Positions 27,010-38,389 are shown, counted from the stretch's first letter. The stretch is 64,000 nucleotides of DNA from Candidatus Bathyarchaeia archaeon (GCA_050010755.1 JBEKKK010000001.1:640001-704000); one strand, 5' to 3'. The notes: generated by a model from the sequence alone, not told the origin. Translations and numbers: made by a program.

Positions 27010-28156
27010 GACTCGAAATTTCTCGCCAAGCAGAGTCATTGCGGTCACGTGGCGTGTCTTGACCCAAATTCGCCGAGACAGACGCACAATAGCCCTGATG
27101 ATATTCATACCTGCCTTAATCATGCTCATATTCGGCTTTGTACTGGGCGGACAAACGAAAAACCTCCCCATCATGGTTGACAACCAAGACGCCGGCTACA
27201 CTGTTCATGCAGGACAAAACTCGACTAGCTTCAATTTCGGCAACGAGGTTCTGTCTTCACTTCAATCGGATGATCGAGTAAAACTAAGCCAGGGAAGCTT
27301 TGACTCAGGAAAGACCGGCGTGGACAACGGAACCTATTACGCTGCCATAGCATTTCCAGCAAACTTTTCCGAAGTATTAGCCCTAAGAAATGCTGGACAG
27401 AGCATTGACGCGCCAGTCACGGTTTACATTGATGGATCCAACCCCACGATTGAGGCTACCGTTCTGGCAGCACTGCAGAGTTCCCTGCAAAACACGTTCG
27501 GCAGCGGAGGGGTCGTTCTGAGCGAACAATTTGCTTTTGGGGGCATTCAGTTCTCAAGCTTGGACATAAGCATTCCCGCAGTGATTTCTCTGGTGCTGAC
27601 TCAAACAGTGCTCCTCGTTTCTCTCATAGTCATAGTCAGAGAAACCACGTCAGGCGTCTTATCGAGACTCTACGCCACGCCCCTTTCAGCCTTTGAAAGA
27701 TTGCTCGGATACTCAATCGCGCTTCTCCTCTTAGGACTGGCAATGACGGGCATCGTTCTTTTCATGGGACTAGGAATCTTCGGAGCAATCGTCCAAGGAA
27801 GCTTCGCTTTGCTGCTCCTCGGCGCGGTCCTTTATGCCTCGCTCAACATATTCTTAGCCGTCTTCCTCTCCAACTTTGCAAGAAACGAGCTTCAAGCAGT
27901 CCAAATGGTACCATTGATCACCCTGACCAGCATGGCTCTAAGCGGAATGCTCATCCCCGTTGACAGCTTCCCAAGCTGGGTCCAGACACTTGCCAGGTTC
28001 ATTCCCATGTACTACGCCAACAAACTGTTCGAGGGCATAATGCTAAAAGGATACGGAATAGGCAACCTTGCCCAACAGTTCACCATCCTCAGCGGAATAG
28101 CAGCATTATTCTTCGTCCTAGCCGTAATGACCGTAAAGGACAAAATGGCCGACTAA
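27002..28156 (+). CDS. ABC-2 type exporter permease (YbhR/YbhS-like)
   Basis: QIRRDRRT, extracellular loop, VRETTSGVLSRLYATP, multiple TMs; ATG at 27002. Confidence 0.92.
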   Translation: MSKTRNFSPSRVIAVTWRVLTQIRRDRRTIALMIFIPALIMLIFGFVLGGQTKNLPIMVDNQDAGYTVHAGQNSTSFNFGNEVLSSLQSDDRVKLSQGSFDSGKTGVDNGTYYAAIAFPANFSEVLALRNAGQSIDAPVTVYIDGSNPTIEATVLAALQSSLQNTFGSGGVVLSEQFAFGGIQFSSLDISIPAVISLVLTQTVLLVSLIVIVRETTSGVLSRLYATPLSAFERLLGYSIALLLLGLAMTGIVLFMGLGIFGAIVQGSFALLLLGAVLYASLNIFLAVFLSNFARNELQAVQMVPLITLTSMALSGMLIPVDSFPSWVQTLARFIPMYYANKLFEGIMLKGYGIGNLAQQFTILSGIAALFFVLAVMTVKDKMAD

Positions 28157-28230
28157 GAAAGAAGCTTAAAGCCCGCGCTAAACATAAAAGCGGCCAGATG
28201 TTTTGAAGTCACATAATCGGGATGAGTTAA

Positions 28231-28515
28231 ATGGCGATAAAGGTTCGAATGAGCAAATGGGAACCAGAGGCCAGAAAAGAACCAGGCGCCAGGACGGAGC
28301 CAGCGGCAAGAACCGAACCGGAAGCTAGAACGGAACCAGCGGCGAGAACGGAGCCAGCAGCAAGAACTGAACCAGCAAAAAGAACTGAACCAACAAACGA
28401 TAAAAGACAGGCTATCAAGTGCCCATCCTGTGGATATCTCCTCTTCTACGTCAAAGAAACCGAAAAACGTAGCATCAAATGCACAAAATGCGGTCACGTC
28501 TTCCAAGTAGAGTAA
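28231..28515 (+). CDS. zinc-ribbon protein with (ARTEPA)n repeats
   Basis: Seven 6-aa repeats (28270-28395) then CPSC...CTKC. Confidence 0.75.
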   Translation: MAIKVRMSKWEPEARKEPGARTEPAARTEPEARTEPAARTEPAARTEPAKRTEPTNDKRQAIKCPSCGYLLFYVKETEKRSIKCTKCGHVFQVE

Positions 28516-28530
28516 TATTCCGTTCGTTCT

Positions 28531-28587
<57 letters not shown>

Positions 28588-28853
28588 CTAACTAACTGTC
28601 TCTTACCCTCTCACTCACTCTCTCTCTCTAAACACACAAAACACACACGCAAAACACAAACGCACAAACACGCAAACAGACACAAACAATCAGACAGAGA
28701 ATAAAAGAATTGAAACCATTTTTGCGCGAGGTTTTTTAGTCAAAACTCGAAACGTTTTAACTATTTTCTAATAGTCACGATTTCAATTGAAGGTTCTTCC
28801 GACAATCGTATAAATTGGTTTAATCCATAGACTACGTATGGAAATGACAAAGG

Positions 28854-31094
28854 ATGAACAGAGTTGTTCTTGTTTTGGTTGCAATTCTTTTTTTGCTTTC
28901 CGTATCGTCGATAACGGGATTGATTCAAGTTGCAAAGGCTGATGGCGCAACCATTACCATCAATGCAGACGGAAGCATAAGCCCATCAACTGCCCCTATC
29001 TATACCGCAGACAATATCACATACACATTAACTCGCAACATCACCAGTAGCTCCGATGGAATTGATGTTGAAAGAGACAGCATCATTCTGGACGGAGCTG
29101 GATTCACGGTTCAAGGAGAGGGAACTGGAAACGGAATAGACCTATCCAACACTAGTAGCGTAACAATCGAAAACACAAACGTAGCAAACTTCAACTTGTA
29201 CGAGCTTGACTATGGCATCTATCTCGAAAACTCTTCAAATGCTTCAATTAATGGAAACAACATAACAAACAACTACGAGGGCATCTATCTTGACTCTTCC
29301 TCTAATGCCAGCGTGACCGGAAACAACATAACAGCAGACACGTATGGCATCGGGCTTGATTCTTCTTCAAACAACAACATCAGCGGAAACAACATAACAA
29401 ACAACGGTCAAGGCATCGGTCTCTACTCTTGTTCCAACAACAGCGTAAGCGAAAACAATATAACAAACAACTATTCTCCCACCCTGCCCGCGGAAGGCGT
29501 TTATCTTTTTTCCTCTTCAGACAACACTATTTCCCAAAACAATATAACAACAAATTATTTTGGTCTTGGTGTCCAATTTGGGGCCTCTTCAAATAATACG
29601 GTTTCTGAAAACATCATAGCAAATAACATTGTTGGCATAGTTCTCCGGTCGTCGACGCCTTTATTCAACGCACCGATCTATTATTCTTCGGACAACATCA
29701 TATACCATAACAGTTTCATAAACAACGCTATACAGGCCTCTGGAGGCTGGCGAAATGTTTGGGACAACGGCTATCCTTCAGGCGGCAACTACTGGAGTGA
29801 TTATCTGACGAAATATCCGAACGCCACTCAACTTGACAGTTCAGGCGTCTGGGATCAACCTTACGTAATCGACACAAACAATACTGACTATTACCCGCTT
29901 CTGATTCCAATTGTAGTGGTTCCGCCCGCGCACGGTGGTGGAACCGTTACCATTAATGCTGACGGAAGCATAAGCCCGTCAACTGCCCCTATCTATACCG
30001 CAGACAATATTACATACACCTTAACTGGCAACATCATCATCACCAGCGATACCAACGGAATTGTGATTGAAAGAGACAACATTGTTTTGAATGGGGCAGG
30101 CTACGCCGTGACGGGAAGCGGAAGCGGGAACGGAACAACACTAGCGAACGTAAGCAACGTGGAAGTAAGAAACATGACGATAACAAACTTCGCCACTGGC
30201 ATTTGGCTCAACTCCTCTTCTAACAACACTTTATCTGGCAACCACGTTACAAACAACGTGATTGGCATTTTTCTCTGGGAATTTTCCAACAACAACACTT
30301 TGTCTGGAAACAACGTTGTAAACGACGACTATGGCGTCTGGCTCTACTCTTCTTCTAACTGCACTTTGTCTGGCAACACCGTCACGGCAAACAACGTAGA
30401 AAGCATTTATCTCTACTCTTCTTCTGACTGCACCTTGTCCAGCAACACCGTTGCAAACAACGACTTCGGCATTTATCTCTACTCCTCTTCTAACTGCACC
30501 TTGTCTGGCAACACCGTCACGGCAAACCCATTTGTTAGCATTTATATCGACTCTTCTTTTAACTGCACTTTGTCATACAACAACGTCACAGACAACAAAT
30601 ATGGCATTTGGCTCGACTCTTCAGATAACAACACCTTGTCTGGCAACAACCTCACAGCAAACAGCTACTACGGAATTTCGCTCTACTCTTCTTCAAGCAA
30701 CACCATTTCTGGCAACAGCGTCACAGCAAACAACTATAATGGCATTAGTTTCGAATCTTCTTCTAACAACACAATCTACCATAACGACTTCATAAACAAC
30801 GCCAGCCAAGTTTCTTCTTATAACTCAACTAACTTTTGGAATAATGGGAGCGTGGGTAACTACTGGAGCGACTATCTGATGAAATATCCGAACGCTACTC
30901 AAGTTGAGAGTTCAGGCGTCTGGAACACTCCATATGTCATTGACGCAAACAACACTGACTATTATCCGCTTACAGTTCCAATCGCGATAGTTCCAGAGTT
31001 TCCATCATACCTCGTTCTTTCGTTGTTCATGGTAGCAACATTGGTGGCAGTCATAGTCTGCAAAAAGGTGCGAAAACAAGGGAAATGCTGGTAA
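28854..31094 (+). CDS. NosD/parallel beta-helix repeat surface protein, internally duplicated, PEF-CTERM anchor
   Basis: Signal peptide; two ITINADGSISPSTAPI...GNYWSDY...DYYPL modules; 22-aa SNN.ISGN repeats; VPEFP + TM + basic tail. Confidence 0.92.
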   Translation: MNRVVLVLVAILFLLSVSSITGLIQVAKADGATITINADGSISPSTAPIYTADNITYTLTRNITSSSDGIDVERDSIILDGAGFTVQGEGTGNGIDLSNTSSVTIENTNVANFNLYELDYGIYLENSSNASINGNNITNNYEGIYLDSSSNASVTGNNITADTYGIGLDSSSNNNISGNNITNNGQGIGLYSCSNNSVSENNITNNYSPTLPAEGVYLFSSSDNTISQNNITTNYFGLGVQFGASSNNTVSENIIANNIVGIVLRSSTPLFNAPIYYSSDNIIYHNSFINNAIQASGGWRNVWDNGYPSGGNYWSDYLTKYPNATQLDSSGVWDQPYVIDTNNTDYYPLLIPIVVVPPAHGGGTVTINADGSISPSTAPIYTADNITYTLTGNIIITSDTNGIVIERDNIVLNGAGYAVTGSGSGNGTTLANVSNVEVRNMTITNFATGIWLNSSSNNTLSGNHVTNNVIGIFLWEFSNNNTLSGNNVVNDDYGVWLYSSSNCTLSGNTVTANNVESIYLYSSSDCTLSSNTVANNDFGIYLYSSSNCTLSGNTVTANPFVSIYIDSSFNCTLSYNNVTDNKYGIWLDSSDNNTLSGNNLTANSYYGISLYSSSSNTISGNSVTANNYNGISFESSSNNTIYHNDFINNASQVSSYNSTNFWNNGSVGNYWSDYLMKYPNATQVESSGVWNTPYVIDANNTDYYPLTVPIAIVPEFPSYLVLSLFMVATLVAVIVCKKVRKQGKCW

Positions 31095-31227
31095 CACCTA
31101 AAGGGAAGTGTGGGCCAAATGCTCGCAGGAAACTTCAGGTTTTGGGGTAAAATGGATCAACCGGGGCACGTCAGGTTTCCTCCGGGAACCAAAAATCTGT
31201 ACTAAGCAAGGCGCAGACCAATGAATG

Positions 31228-32145
31228 TCATGTTAATTGATTCTTCTCTAAATCTTTCAGGTCTGGAAGTCCTACTCTAGCTCCCATTCTTGTTATGCAT
31301 CTCGATGCGATAAAATTCCCAATCTTTCCACATTCCTCAAGATCCTTATGTCTGATCAATCCGTAGAGGAACCCTGCACAAAAAGCGTCCCCGGCACCGG
31401 TCGTGCTAACTACATTCACTTTGAAACCTTCTACGTTATGGCTCCGTCTCCCATCAGTAACGTAGCATCCTCTGCTGCCCAACTTGACCGCAACAATCTT
31501 CACACCTCTCTTGAGCATGGTTTCGGCTCCCTTTCTATAGTCAGCCATGCCTGTCAGAAGTTCAAGTTCGCCTGCGTTCGGCATCAAAACATAACTCCTC
31601 TCAACAATCGATCTCAATGCAGCCAGTCCTTTCCTCGCGTACAATGCGCCAGGATCAAAGCTTACCAGAACGTCCCCAAGATTCTCAAGAATTCTCTTCT
31701 GTGTCTGAAACGATTTTTCTCCCACGAAGGATGTTAGATGGAGAAATTTGGTTTCAGAAACATATCTCTTGATTTTCTCATTAAATTCCACCTGGTTGTT
31801 TACGCCCGGGTCAACGTACAGCGCTCGATCGCCGTTTTCGTCCACGAAGCCCATGACTGTGCCGCTTCTGCCCCTCTTTGCACCGGCTATGCCTTTTGTG
31901 TCGACTCCCTCTCGCCGGAATTCTTCGAGCAGCATCGTTCCTTCTCTATCGTCGGCGACTTTTCCTATGAAGCCGACTTTGCATCCGAGTCTCGCTAGGC
32001 CCACGACGGTATTTGCCGCTGATCCTCCGCATGTTTCTGCGAAGTCTGTTATGAAGCTCTCTTCTTCCGCTGCGGCTATTCTGTTCACTCTATAGAGTTT
32101 GTCTACGTTGAGTGCGCCGAATCCTACAACGTCAAATTTGCTCAT
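31228..32145 (-). CDS. PfkB family carbohydrate/nucleoside kinase
   Basis: [24 protein letters not shown]. Confidence 0.92.
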   Translation of the reverse strand: MSKFDVVGFGALNVDKLYRVNRIAAAEEESFITDFAETCGGSAANTVVGLARLGCKVGFIGKVADDREGTMLLEEFRREGVDTKGIAGAKRGRSGTVMGFVDENGDRALYVDPGVNNQVEFNEKIKRYVSETKFLHLTSFVGEKSFQTQKRILENLGDVLVSFDPGALYARKGLAALRSIVERSYVLMPNAGELELLTGMADYRKGAETMLKRGVKIVAVKLGSRGCYVTDGRRSHNVEGFKVNVVSTTGAGDAFCAGFLYGLIRHKDLEECGKIGNFIASRCITRMGARVGLPDLKDLEKNQLT

Positions 32146-33056
32146 CGGAACAGCTCACGCAGGTAAATCTTGTGCTCGCCCAGTTTTCCCCCGTAGTTTC
32201 CAGCCGACACCATCACAACGCCATCAACGCCCAGGCTTGCTTCAATCCCGGCCTTCATGGCCTCTTTCACCGCCCGCATCGAAACGCCGTTAATCACTAT
32301 TTCAGGGATATACTTGACCACGTCAGGCACTTTTGAATCTCTGCCCAGCTTCTCCTTCAGCGATGGGCAATAGGGATGGTTCGTCGTCGGTCCAATCAGC
32401 GGAAACTTGGTCTCAGTCTTCGACCCTGCTGAACAGACGTCAAAAGGCGTAATCACCCCCTCAACCCTGCCGATGGCTTCTAATGCGGCCTTTCCTGCCT
32501 CCGTGACCGACTGTTTCGTTCCGCACATAATCCAAAAATTACCTCCCGAAATCCCCCTCGCATAACCAACGTACCTTTCTATGAGAAAGTCGGGCACCAT
32601 CAACGGAACAGCAATCATGCGCCGACCGTAAACACGCTCCTCCCACTCATACCCGTCACCGCAGTGCCCAACCCTTTCCACCATGTCCATCCTTCCCAAG
32701 GGCTTATCCTGCAACGCCTCAAAAACCGCCGTGAACGGCTTCACCAGAATATCCTGCCTAATCCGATAAGAAAGCTCCCGTTCAAACCGCTCGACAACGC
32801 CTTCCAAGGGCTTATCCTTCTCAAGGCCCTTCCAAAGCTGCAGAATAGCGCCTTTCCGTTTGTCCGGCGTTTCCTTTTCGCTCAGCCATTTTTCAATTCC
32901 ACCCTCAAGCCTGCCTATCACCGTCGAAGGCGTGGCCGTAGCGTCCTCCGATGCCTTCTTCAACGTTTCCTCATCGTCCGCAGTGACCAAGAGTCGCACG
33001 TAGAGGCCGTCAAACGCCTCAGCATAAGTGTCCTCAACCAAACCCTTTTTAACCAT
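32142..33056 (-). CDS. ftr: formylmethanofuran:tetrahydromethanopterin formyltransferase
   Basis: [46 protein letters not shown]. Confidence 0.9.
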   Translation of the reverse strand: MVKKGLVEDTYAEAFDGLYVRLLVTADDEETLKKASEDATATPSTVIGRLEGGIEKWLSEKETPDKRKGAILQLWKGLEKDKPLEGVVERFERELSYRIRQDILVKPFTAVFEALQDKPLGRMDMVERVGHCGDGYEWEERVYGRRMIAVPLMVPDFLIERYVGYARGISGGNFWIMCGTKQSVTEAGKAALEAIGRVEGVITPFDVCSAGSKTETKFPLIGPTTNHPYCPSLKEKLGRDSKVPDVVKYIPEIVINGVSMRAVKEAMKAGIEASLGVDGVVMVSAGNYGGKLGEHKIYLRELFR

Positions 33057-33240
33057 CCCAGCCCAACCTGTCATACTCGTTAGCAAATTTTCAATTTGTG
33101 TTTTTTGGTCCCAGCTTCCAGTGTAGCTGCAACATCACACTACGCACTCTTATAAATTCCAGTTACCTCTTGGTGAAGAGGGATGTGTTTATGAGATCGT
33201 ATGCTTGCGCTGGTTCAAAAAGCCAATCGGGGAAGATATC

Positions 33241-33915
33241 ATGAGTTCTCAAATAGATTTGTACCGTGATATCCACAAGGGCCAGCGCCGTAGGTTTTTC
33301 AACATTGCAACTCAAGCTGGAATCCTCGACTATAGCGATCCGAAGGCTCTTGACACACTGTACGATGAACTATATGCCTTCAGGGAGCACATGCGCCTTC
33401 ACGCTCATGTGGAAGAGGAATTCATTCACACTGTTCTGTCTCAAAGAGTTCCAGGCGGTGCCAGGCAACTTGAGGAGGATCACCGCGCCATACATCAAGA
33501 ATTCGACGACCTAATAGCGCATTTCGACGGCATAAGAGCCAAACCTGTTGACTTCGAAAAACGTGGAGAACTCGCCCTCGAATTCTACCGAGCGTGGAGC
33601 CGCTTCATCGCATTCTACTTTATGCACATCAACAGAGAAGAAGAACAGATAATGCCCGTCCTTTGGAAACTCTGCACAGTCAAAGAGCTTTTTGAAATAC
33701 ACAAATTGATGATCACCAGCCAAAAACAGGAAGAACTCGTCGAAGACTTCGAGATGATACTACCGAACGCGAACCTGCAGGAACGCGTTGAAATTCTCGG
33801 GATGCTTCGCGTTTTAACGTCACCCGAGGTATACCAAGAGTTCCTCAAGCTTGCAGAACGCATACTCGAACCAAACGAATGGGCAAATCTGAAGACAGAA
33901 CTCGGACCTACATAG
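33241..33915 (+). CDS. hemerythrin/HHE domain protein
   Basis: IHKG, HAHVEE, EEDH, HINREE. Confidence 0.85.
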   Translation: MSSQIDLYRDIHKGQRRRFFNIATQAGILDYSDPKALDTLYDELYAFREHMRLHAHVEEEFIHTVLSQRVPGGARQLEEDHRAIHQEFDDLIAHFDGIRAKPVDFEKRGELALEFYRAWSRFIAFYFMHINREEEQIMPVLWKLCTVKELFEIHKLMITSQKQEELVEDFEMILPNANLQERVEILGMLRVLTSPEVYQEFLKLAERILEPNEWANLKTELGPT

Positions 33916-34122
33916 ATAGCGCACGCGCAAGATTATGGAAACGCCCGGAAGACTGGAATGCAAGGTCTGTAATGCTCGCTGCTGAACAGATGAAAGATTG
34001 CGGTTGAACCGACGAACATCAAAGAACTCGCAATTTTCGTCATCACCTGGACACCTTCCACCAGTCCTCTTAACGCCCGCTTATTAACCTGTTTGAAGTA
34101 ACTTAGATGCGGATGTGAGTCT

Positions 34123-34764
34123 TTGTCGGGACCGCTTGACATAGTGCGCTCGTTACACAATGCGTTTAGGCGTGATGTTTCCCAGATCGATAATTCAGTC
34201 TTTACGGTAGCACGTAGTGGTGGTGATTTAGCACCCGTTTTTGATCGTCTCCATATAATGGGCGAGGTTCTGGACTATCACGCTAGGGGTGAGGAGGCGG
34301 CGGTTTTCCCCGCTGTCGACAAAGTAGCACCTCTCGTGGCAAAAGCCTACCTAATGGATCATCGTGAACTTGACACCATGGTTGGTGGGCTGGAAACGAT
34401 GCGGAAGACACCTGATCCTCTCACAACGGTCAGGGCCACAGCAGTTTTAGCTTCGCATTTAAGAATCCACTTGAACAAGGAGGATGCCCATCTGTACCCG
34501 ATCCTGAGAGAGCGAACAACAGAGACTGAACAGGCTTCCATCGGTGGACTCATGTCAAAAAACGTGCCGCCTGACAGGTTTCCCACTCTAGTTCAATGGC
34601 TGTTCCCTCTACTCGACCTTGAAGACCGAATCGTGGTAACAAAGGGCTGGATGACTCTGATGCCGCCACAGGTCTTTGCCGGCCTCAAACCCCTAATAAG
34701 AGAGAGCGTTGGCCAAAACTGGAGTGAACTGTCGCAGCGAATCCCAGAGCTCGAAAACAAGTGA
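34123..34764 (+). CDS. hemerythrin/HHE domain protein
   Basis: LHNAFRR, HARGEE, DHRE, HLNKED. Confidence 0.88.
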   Translation: MSGPLDIVRSLHNAFRRDVSQIDNSVFTVARSGGDLAPVFDRLHIMGEVLDYHARGEEAAVFPAVDKVAPLVAKAYLMDHRELDTMVGGLETMRKTPDPLTTVRATAVLASHLRIHLNKEDAHLYPILRERTTETEQASIGGLMSKNVPPDRFPTLVQWLFPLLDLEDRIVVTKGWMTLMPPQVFAGLKPLIRESVGQNWSELSQRIPELENK

Positions 34765-34974
34765 ACCTGCAAGACCTTCCCAAACGTTGGTCAGTTGATC
34801 AAGTCTAACCCAATCACCATCTCACAAAGCACACTCGTTACTTTTCGGCATGAACAATGTGTAATCCATAAAAAACAGGAGGGCTGACGGCCCTTTCAAC
34901 GCGCGGTAGGCATCTTCCCACACGCTTTCAACGAGTGGCTGCCGACGCACTGCAGTCAAATTGTCCGTTGTGTA

Positions 34975-36333
34975 CTACGCCGGTGGAGGTCGGCTTCCCA
35001 GCGTCACTGCGACGTTAATCGTCTGGTTGTTTCGCACGATCGTGGCGTTTACCGTTTGGCCCGGCAGCGTGTTCTCTTCCATGTAGCTTGACATGGCATC
35101 TCCGTTCGCGATTCTCGTACCGTTGAACGCTATTATTATGTCGCCTCCGATAACGTAGGTGTTTCCTAGAAAGTCGGTGAACTGCGTCGTACCACCTTCT
35201 AAGCCCGCTGTGGCAGCAGGTCCTCCGCTCGTCACATCAGAGATCAACCAACCGTACGTTACAGTCGTGTTCATCGCCTGCGCAAGCTCATAGCTCATGT
35301 CGACGCCGTCTGCTCCCAGATAGGGATGACTGCTGTACGAACCGTTTATGATGAGTGACGGAACCTCCCGCAGTATCGAGCTGGATGGAATCGCCAGACC
35401 GAGCCCCTGAGCCGCAACGCCTTCGTAAGTGGCAGTGTAAGAGGTTATTCCAACAACCTCGCCCGCATAATTCAACAGCGGCCCTCCTGAATTACCAGGG
35501 TTTATCGGCGCCGAAGTCTGTATGCAATCAGATATGGCGTAAGTGGTCCAGTCAACCGTAACCGACCTGTGCAAAGCGCTTACTATGCCCGAAGTCATCG
35601 AACCAGTCAACCCGAGAGGATTGCCCACCGCGAAAACTGGGTCACCAACCTGCAGCGTTGACGAGCTTACGATTGTGAGAGGATGATACTCGCTCTCGGG
35701 CGCCGTCGTTGACAGCGTGGCCAGATCCGAGTAGAGATCCGTACCCGTCACATTGGCCGAATAGGTGTCTCCGTCCGTGAAGGTGACAGTGATGTTGGCT
35801 GCGCCTTCCACAACGTGATAGTTTGTTACGATTGCAAACTGCCCCGTCATGTTAGTGACGAAGCCCGAGCCCTCTACTTCTCCGTAGACGGGTGTGCCGA
35901 AATAGTATCCTGCCAGCACTATTCCTTGAACCATGACTATCGAGCCACTGACCTGATCGTACAACTGAGAAAGCGAAACGTTCATCCCCGAAATCGAAAT
36001 GTTGATGACAGATGAGTTTTGCACTGCCTGAAGTTCCTGCTCCAAATTTGATACCTGAGTCTCGAGGCTGCTGATTTGGGTCGAGTTTGATTGTAGTTCC
36101 TGTTCCAGGTTTCCTATTTGAGTTTGTAGGTCTCCTATCTGCGTCGAGTTTGACTGCAGTTCCTGCTCCAGGTTCGATATTTGACTCTTGAAGTTGTTAA
36201 TTTGATCCGAAGTGGCAAAGTTGCTCATCGCGTAGCCCAGTACTCCGCCTACCAGCAAAGCTACAAGGGCTATTCCTATCAAAACTGTGGCAAGACTGCG
36301 CGTTCTTGGTTTTTCGCTTGGCTCCGGCATCAT
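34975..36333 (-). CDS. HtrA/DegP-like membrane serine protease with PDZ
   Basis: TM, coiled-coil repeats, GSGF, TNYHVV, SDLA, INPGNSGGPL, PDZ. Confidence 0.93.
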   Translation of the reverse strand: MMPEPSEKPRTRSLATVLIGIALVALLVGGVLGYAMSNFATSDQINNFKSQISNLEQELQSNSTQIGDLQTQIGNLEQELQSNSTQISSLETQVSNLEQELQAVQNSSVINISISGMNVSLSQLYDQVSGSIVMVQGIVLAGYYFGTPVYGEVEGSGFVTNMTGQFAIVTNYHVVEGAANITVTFTDGDTYSANVTGTDLYSDLATLSTTAPESEYHPLTIVSSSTLQVGDPVFAVGNPLGLTGSMTSGIVSALHRSVTVDWTTYAISDCIQTSAPINPGNSGGPLLNYAGEVVGITSYTATYEGVAAQGLGLAIPSSSILREVPSLIINGSYSSHPYLGADGVDMSYELAQAMNTTVTYGWLISDVTSGGPAATAGLEGGTTQFTDFLGNTYVIGGDIIIAFNGTRIANGDAMSSYMEENTLPGQTVNATIVRNNQTINVAVTLGSRPPPA

Positions 36334-36565
36334 GATCGACTCCTGAGGCTTGCCAAATCTCTTGTCCGTGAGGGATTTCTCGCGAAATGTGCGGTGCCAT
36401 TTTTCGTGCTTATGGTTATGTTTTTCATTTTGTTCACCGTTTTAGTGGCTACTATAGGCTATAGTAGCGAACTTTATAAACCTTACAGCCGCCGACAGCA
36501 ACGCGTCGGCCAAACAGCAAAAAGCTACTGCCGAGAAAAACATCAGGGGGCGGTCGGCGCCGTGT

Positions 36566-38389
36566 TCATTTTAGTCTGCGGTTGAAGAAGTCAAGAATAA
36601 TCTTGAATGTTCGGGTACGCATCGACATGTCCGTGTAACCGCCGTGTCCTTCTTCGCCGAACTCGACATACTCAAAGTCTTTTCCCTCTTTCTTGCCCAG
36701 CTCAACCAGTTTATCCCTGAACTGTCGACTCTCCTCCACCGGACACCTCGGATCGTGCACACCGTGAATCATCAAGATTGGACACTTGATATTCTGTGCA
36801 AAATTCAAAGCGCTTCTCTCTTCCCACAGCTTCGAATTCTTTTCAGGATCGCCCATGAACATCCTGACAAAATACTTGTAGTGCGGCAGGGAGCGTTCAT
36901 AGAACGTTTTGAGATTCGAAATTCCTACCCACGCGCAAGCGGCAGCCCACAACCTGGGTTTTTTGGTCACAGCCATGAAGGTCATGTAACCTCCGTAACT
37001 TCCACCGAATATCCCCATCCTCGCCTTGTCCCCGTATGGCAGGGACCTGAGATACTCAGCGCCCGAGGCGACGTCTTCGAGATCTTTACCTCCCCAATCC
37101 ATGAGGTTCATGTCCTGAAACTCTCTGCCGTACCCAGTGCTTCCTCTAACGTTGGGCAGCAACAAAACATAACCTTCGTTCGCCAACACCTGCCCAAACA
37201 TGTCAAAGTCGAAGAAATACTGACCCGTCGGCCCTCCATGCGGTATGATAAGCGTCGGAAGAGCCTTCCCACTCGGAATGTCCTTAGGCTTATAGAGTAT
37301 CGCAGGAATCTCAAGCCCGTCAGACGACGTGTACCAGATCCGTTCCGGAGTAACGAAAACGTTCGGATCTGCGCTTCCATACTGCGGCTCAACCAGGTAT
37401 TTTATGGTTTCAAGTTCAAAATCGTAGGCAACCAGGGCGCTCGGAATCGTCGGAGTGTTCAGAGGCGCTACCAAGAGCTGATCGCCTAGCGCGTACTGAA
37501 CGCTCGAGGCCAAGCCTTTCGGAAACCCCGTCTCAACACACTTTCCATTCTCAACATCGTAAACGACTGGAAGCACCGTCGCCTCATGATTTCTCAAACA
37601 CACCAGTTTCTTCCCATCCTCGGAAAAACCTGCAGCAGTCTCTTCACGTTCGCCGCCCAGAAGCCTCATTTTTCCAGTCTCAAACTCGTAAATGCCGGGC
37701 TGTTTCACAGCGTAAGCGTCAGTGGTAAAGGCAAGCAATCTGCCGTCGCTGCTCCATTCAACCGCATTGTCCTCAGAGCCCTCTTTCACACAGACTATTC
37801 TCTTCTTTTCGCCTCCATCCGATTTCACGAGCCAAATGTCCATGTTCCGCAGGTTTTTAGTCTCATTCACCCCGTAGGCTATCCAATCATGCTTCGGGTT
37901 CCAGGAACAGCCCCCCATCGTCGGGTTCGCATGATCAGTAAGTTGTTTCACCTCTTTGGTCTCAAGGTTCAACCTGAAGAGGTTAACCTGCCCCTTTCTC
38001 GTCGAAAGAATTACTAGGTACTTACCGTCTGCACTCGTGTCAATGGCATAGTTTTGAACCCCAACGGTTTCGGTGAGCGGCTCAGTCTTTCCCGAGTTGA
38101 TATTGATTCTAATCAGGTTGTGGTTTTCGTCGCCATCTTTGTCTTTGGCGAAAATCAGATATTCACCATCTCTCGTCCAAACGAACCCAGCCCGAATAGC
38201 CCTGGGGCACTCACCGTGACTCACTTGCCGTATCTCGTTAGTCTTCAAATCCAAAGTATACAGTTCCAACTTGCCAGTCTTATCCCAGTAAAAGGCCACT
38301 CTGTCTCTTGAATGATTAACCATCGGCGCAAGGACTTGAGGGATTTTTGCCAACGTGTCTACCGAATGTTCCTTCTCGTTCATACGCAT
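36566..38389 (-). CDS. S9 family acylaminoacyl/prolyl oligopeptidase
   Basis: Beta-propeller + HGGP, RGSTGYG, GGSYGG, D.RC, EGHG. Confidence 0.93.
   Translation of the reverse strand: MRMNEKEHSVDTLAKIPQVLAPMVNHSRDRVAFYWDKTGKLELYTLDLKTNEIRQVSHGECPRAIRAGFVWTRDGEYLIFAKDKDGDENHNLIRININSGKTEPLTETVGVQNYAIDTSADGKYLVILSTRKGQVNLFRLNLETKEVKQLTDHANPTMGGCSWNPKHDWIAYGVNETKNLRNMDIWLVKSDGGEKKRIVCVKEGSEDNAVEWSSDGRLLAFTTDAYAVKQPGIYEFETGKMRLLGGEREETAAGFSEDGKKLVCLRNHEATVLPVVYDVENGKCVETGFPKGLASSVQYALGDQLLVAPLNTPTIPSALVAYDFELETIKYLVEPQYGSADPNVFVTPERIWYTSSDGLEIPAILYKPKDIPSGKALPTLIIPHGGPTGQYFFDFDMFGQVLANEGYVLLLPNVRGSTGYGREFQDMNLMDWGGKDLEDVASGAEYLRSLPYGDKARMGIFGGSYGGYMTFMAVTKKPRLWAAACAWVGISNLKTFYERSLPHYKYFVRMFMGDPEKNSKLWEERSALNFAQNIKCPILMIHGVHDPRCPVEESRQFRDKLVELGKKEGKDFEYVEFGEEGHGGYTDMSMRTRTFKIILDFFNRRLK

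Noticed and set aside
28854-31094. Diversity-generating retroelement TR/VR pair
   Set aside because: The repeats are in-frame domain duplications without adenine-specific mismatches, and no reverse transcriptase is present
32142-33056. Evidence for methanogenesis from ftr/mch/mer
   Set aside because: These genes also serve the archaeal Wood-Ljungdahl/C1 pathway; no mcr or mtr in the window
36644-37489. Long antisense ORFs (also 10087-10848, 5930-6481, 42788-43420)
   Set aside because: Shadow frames opposite well-supported conserved genes, with no recognisable motifs
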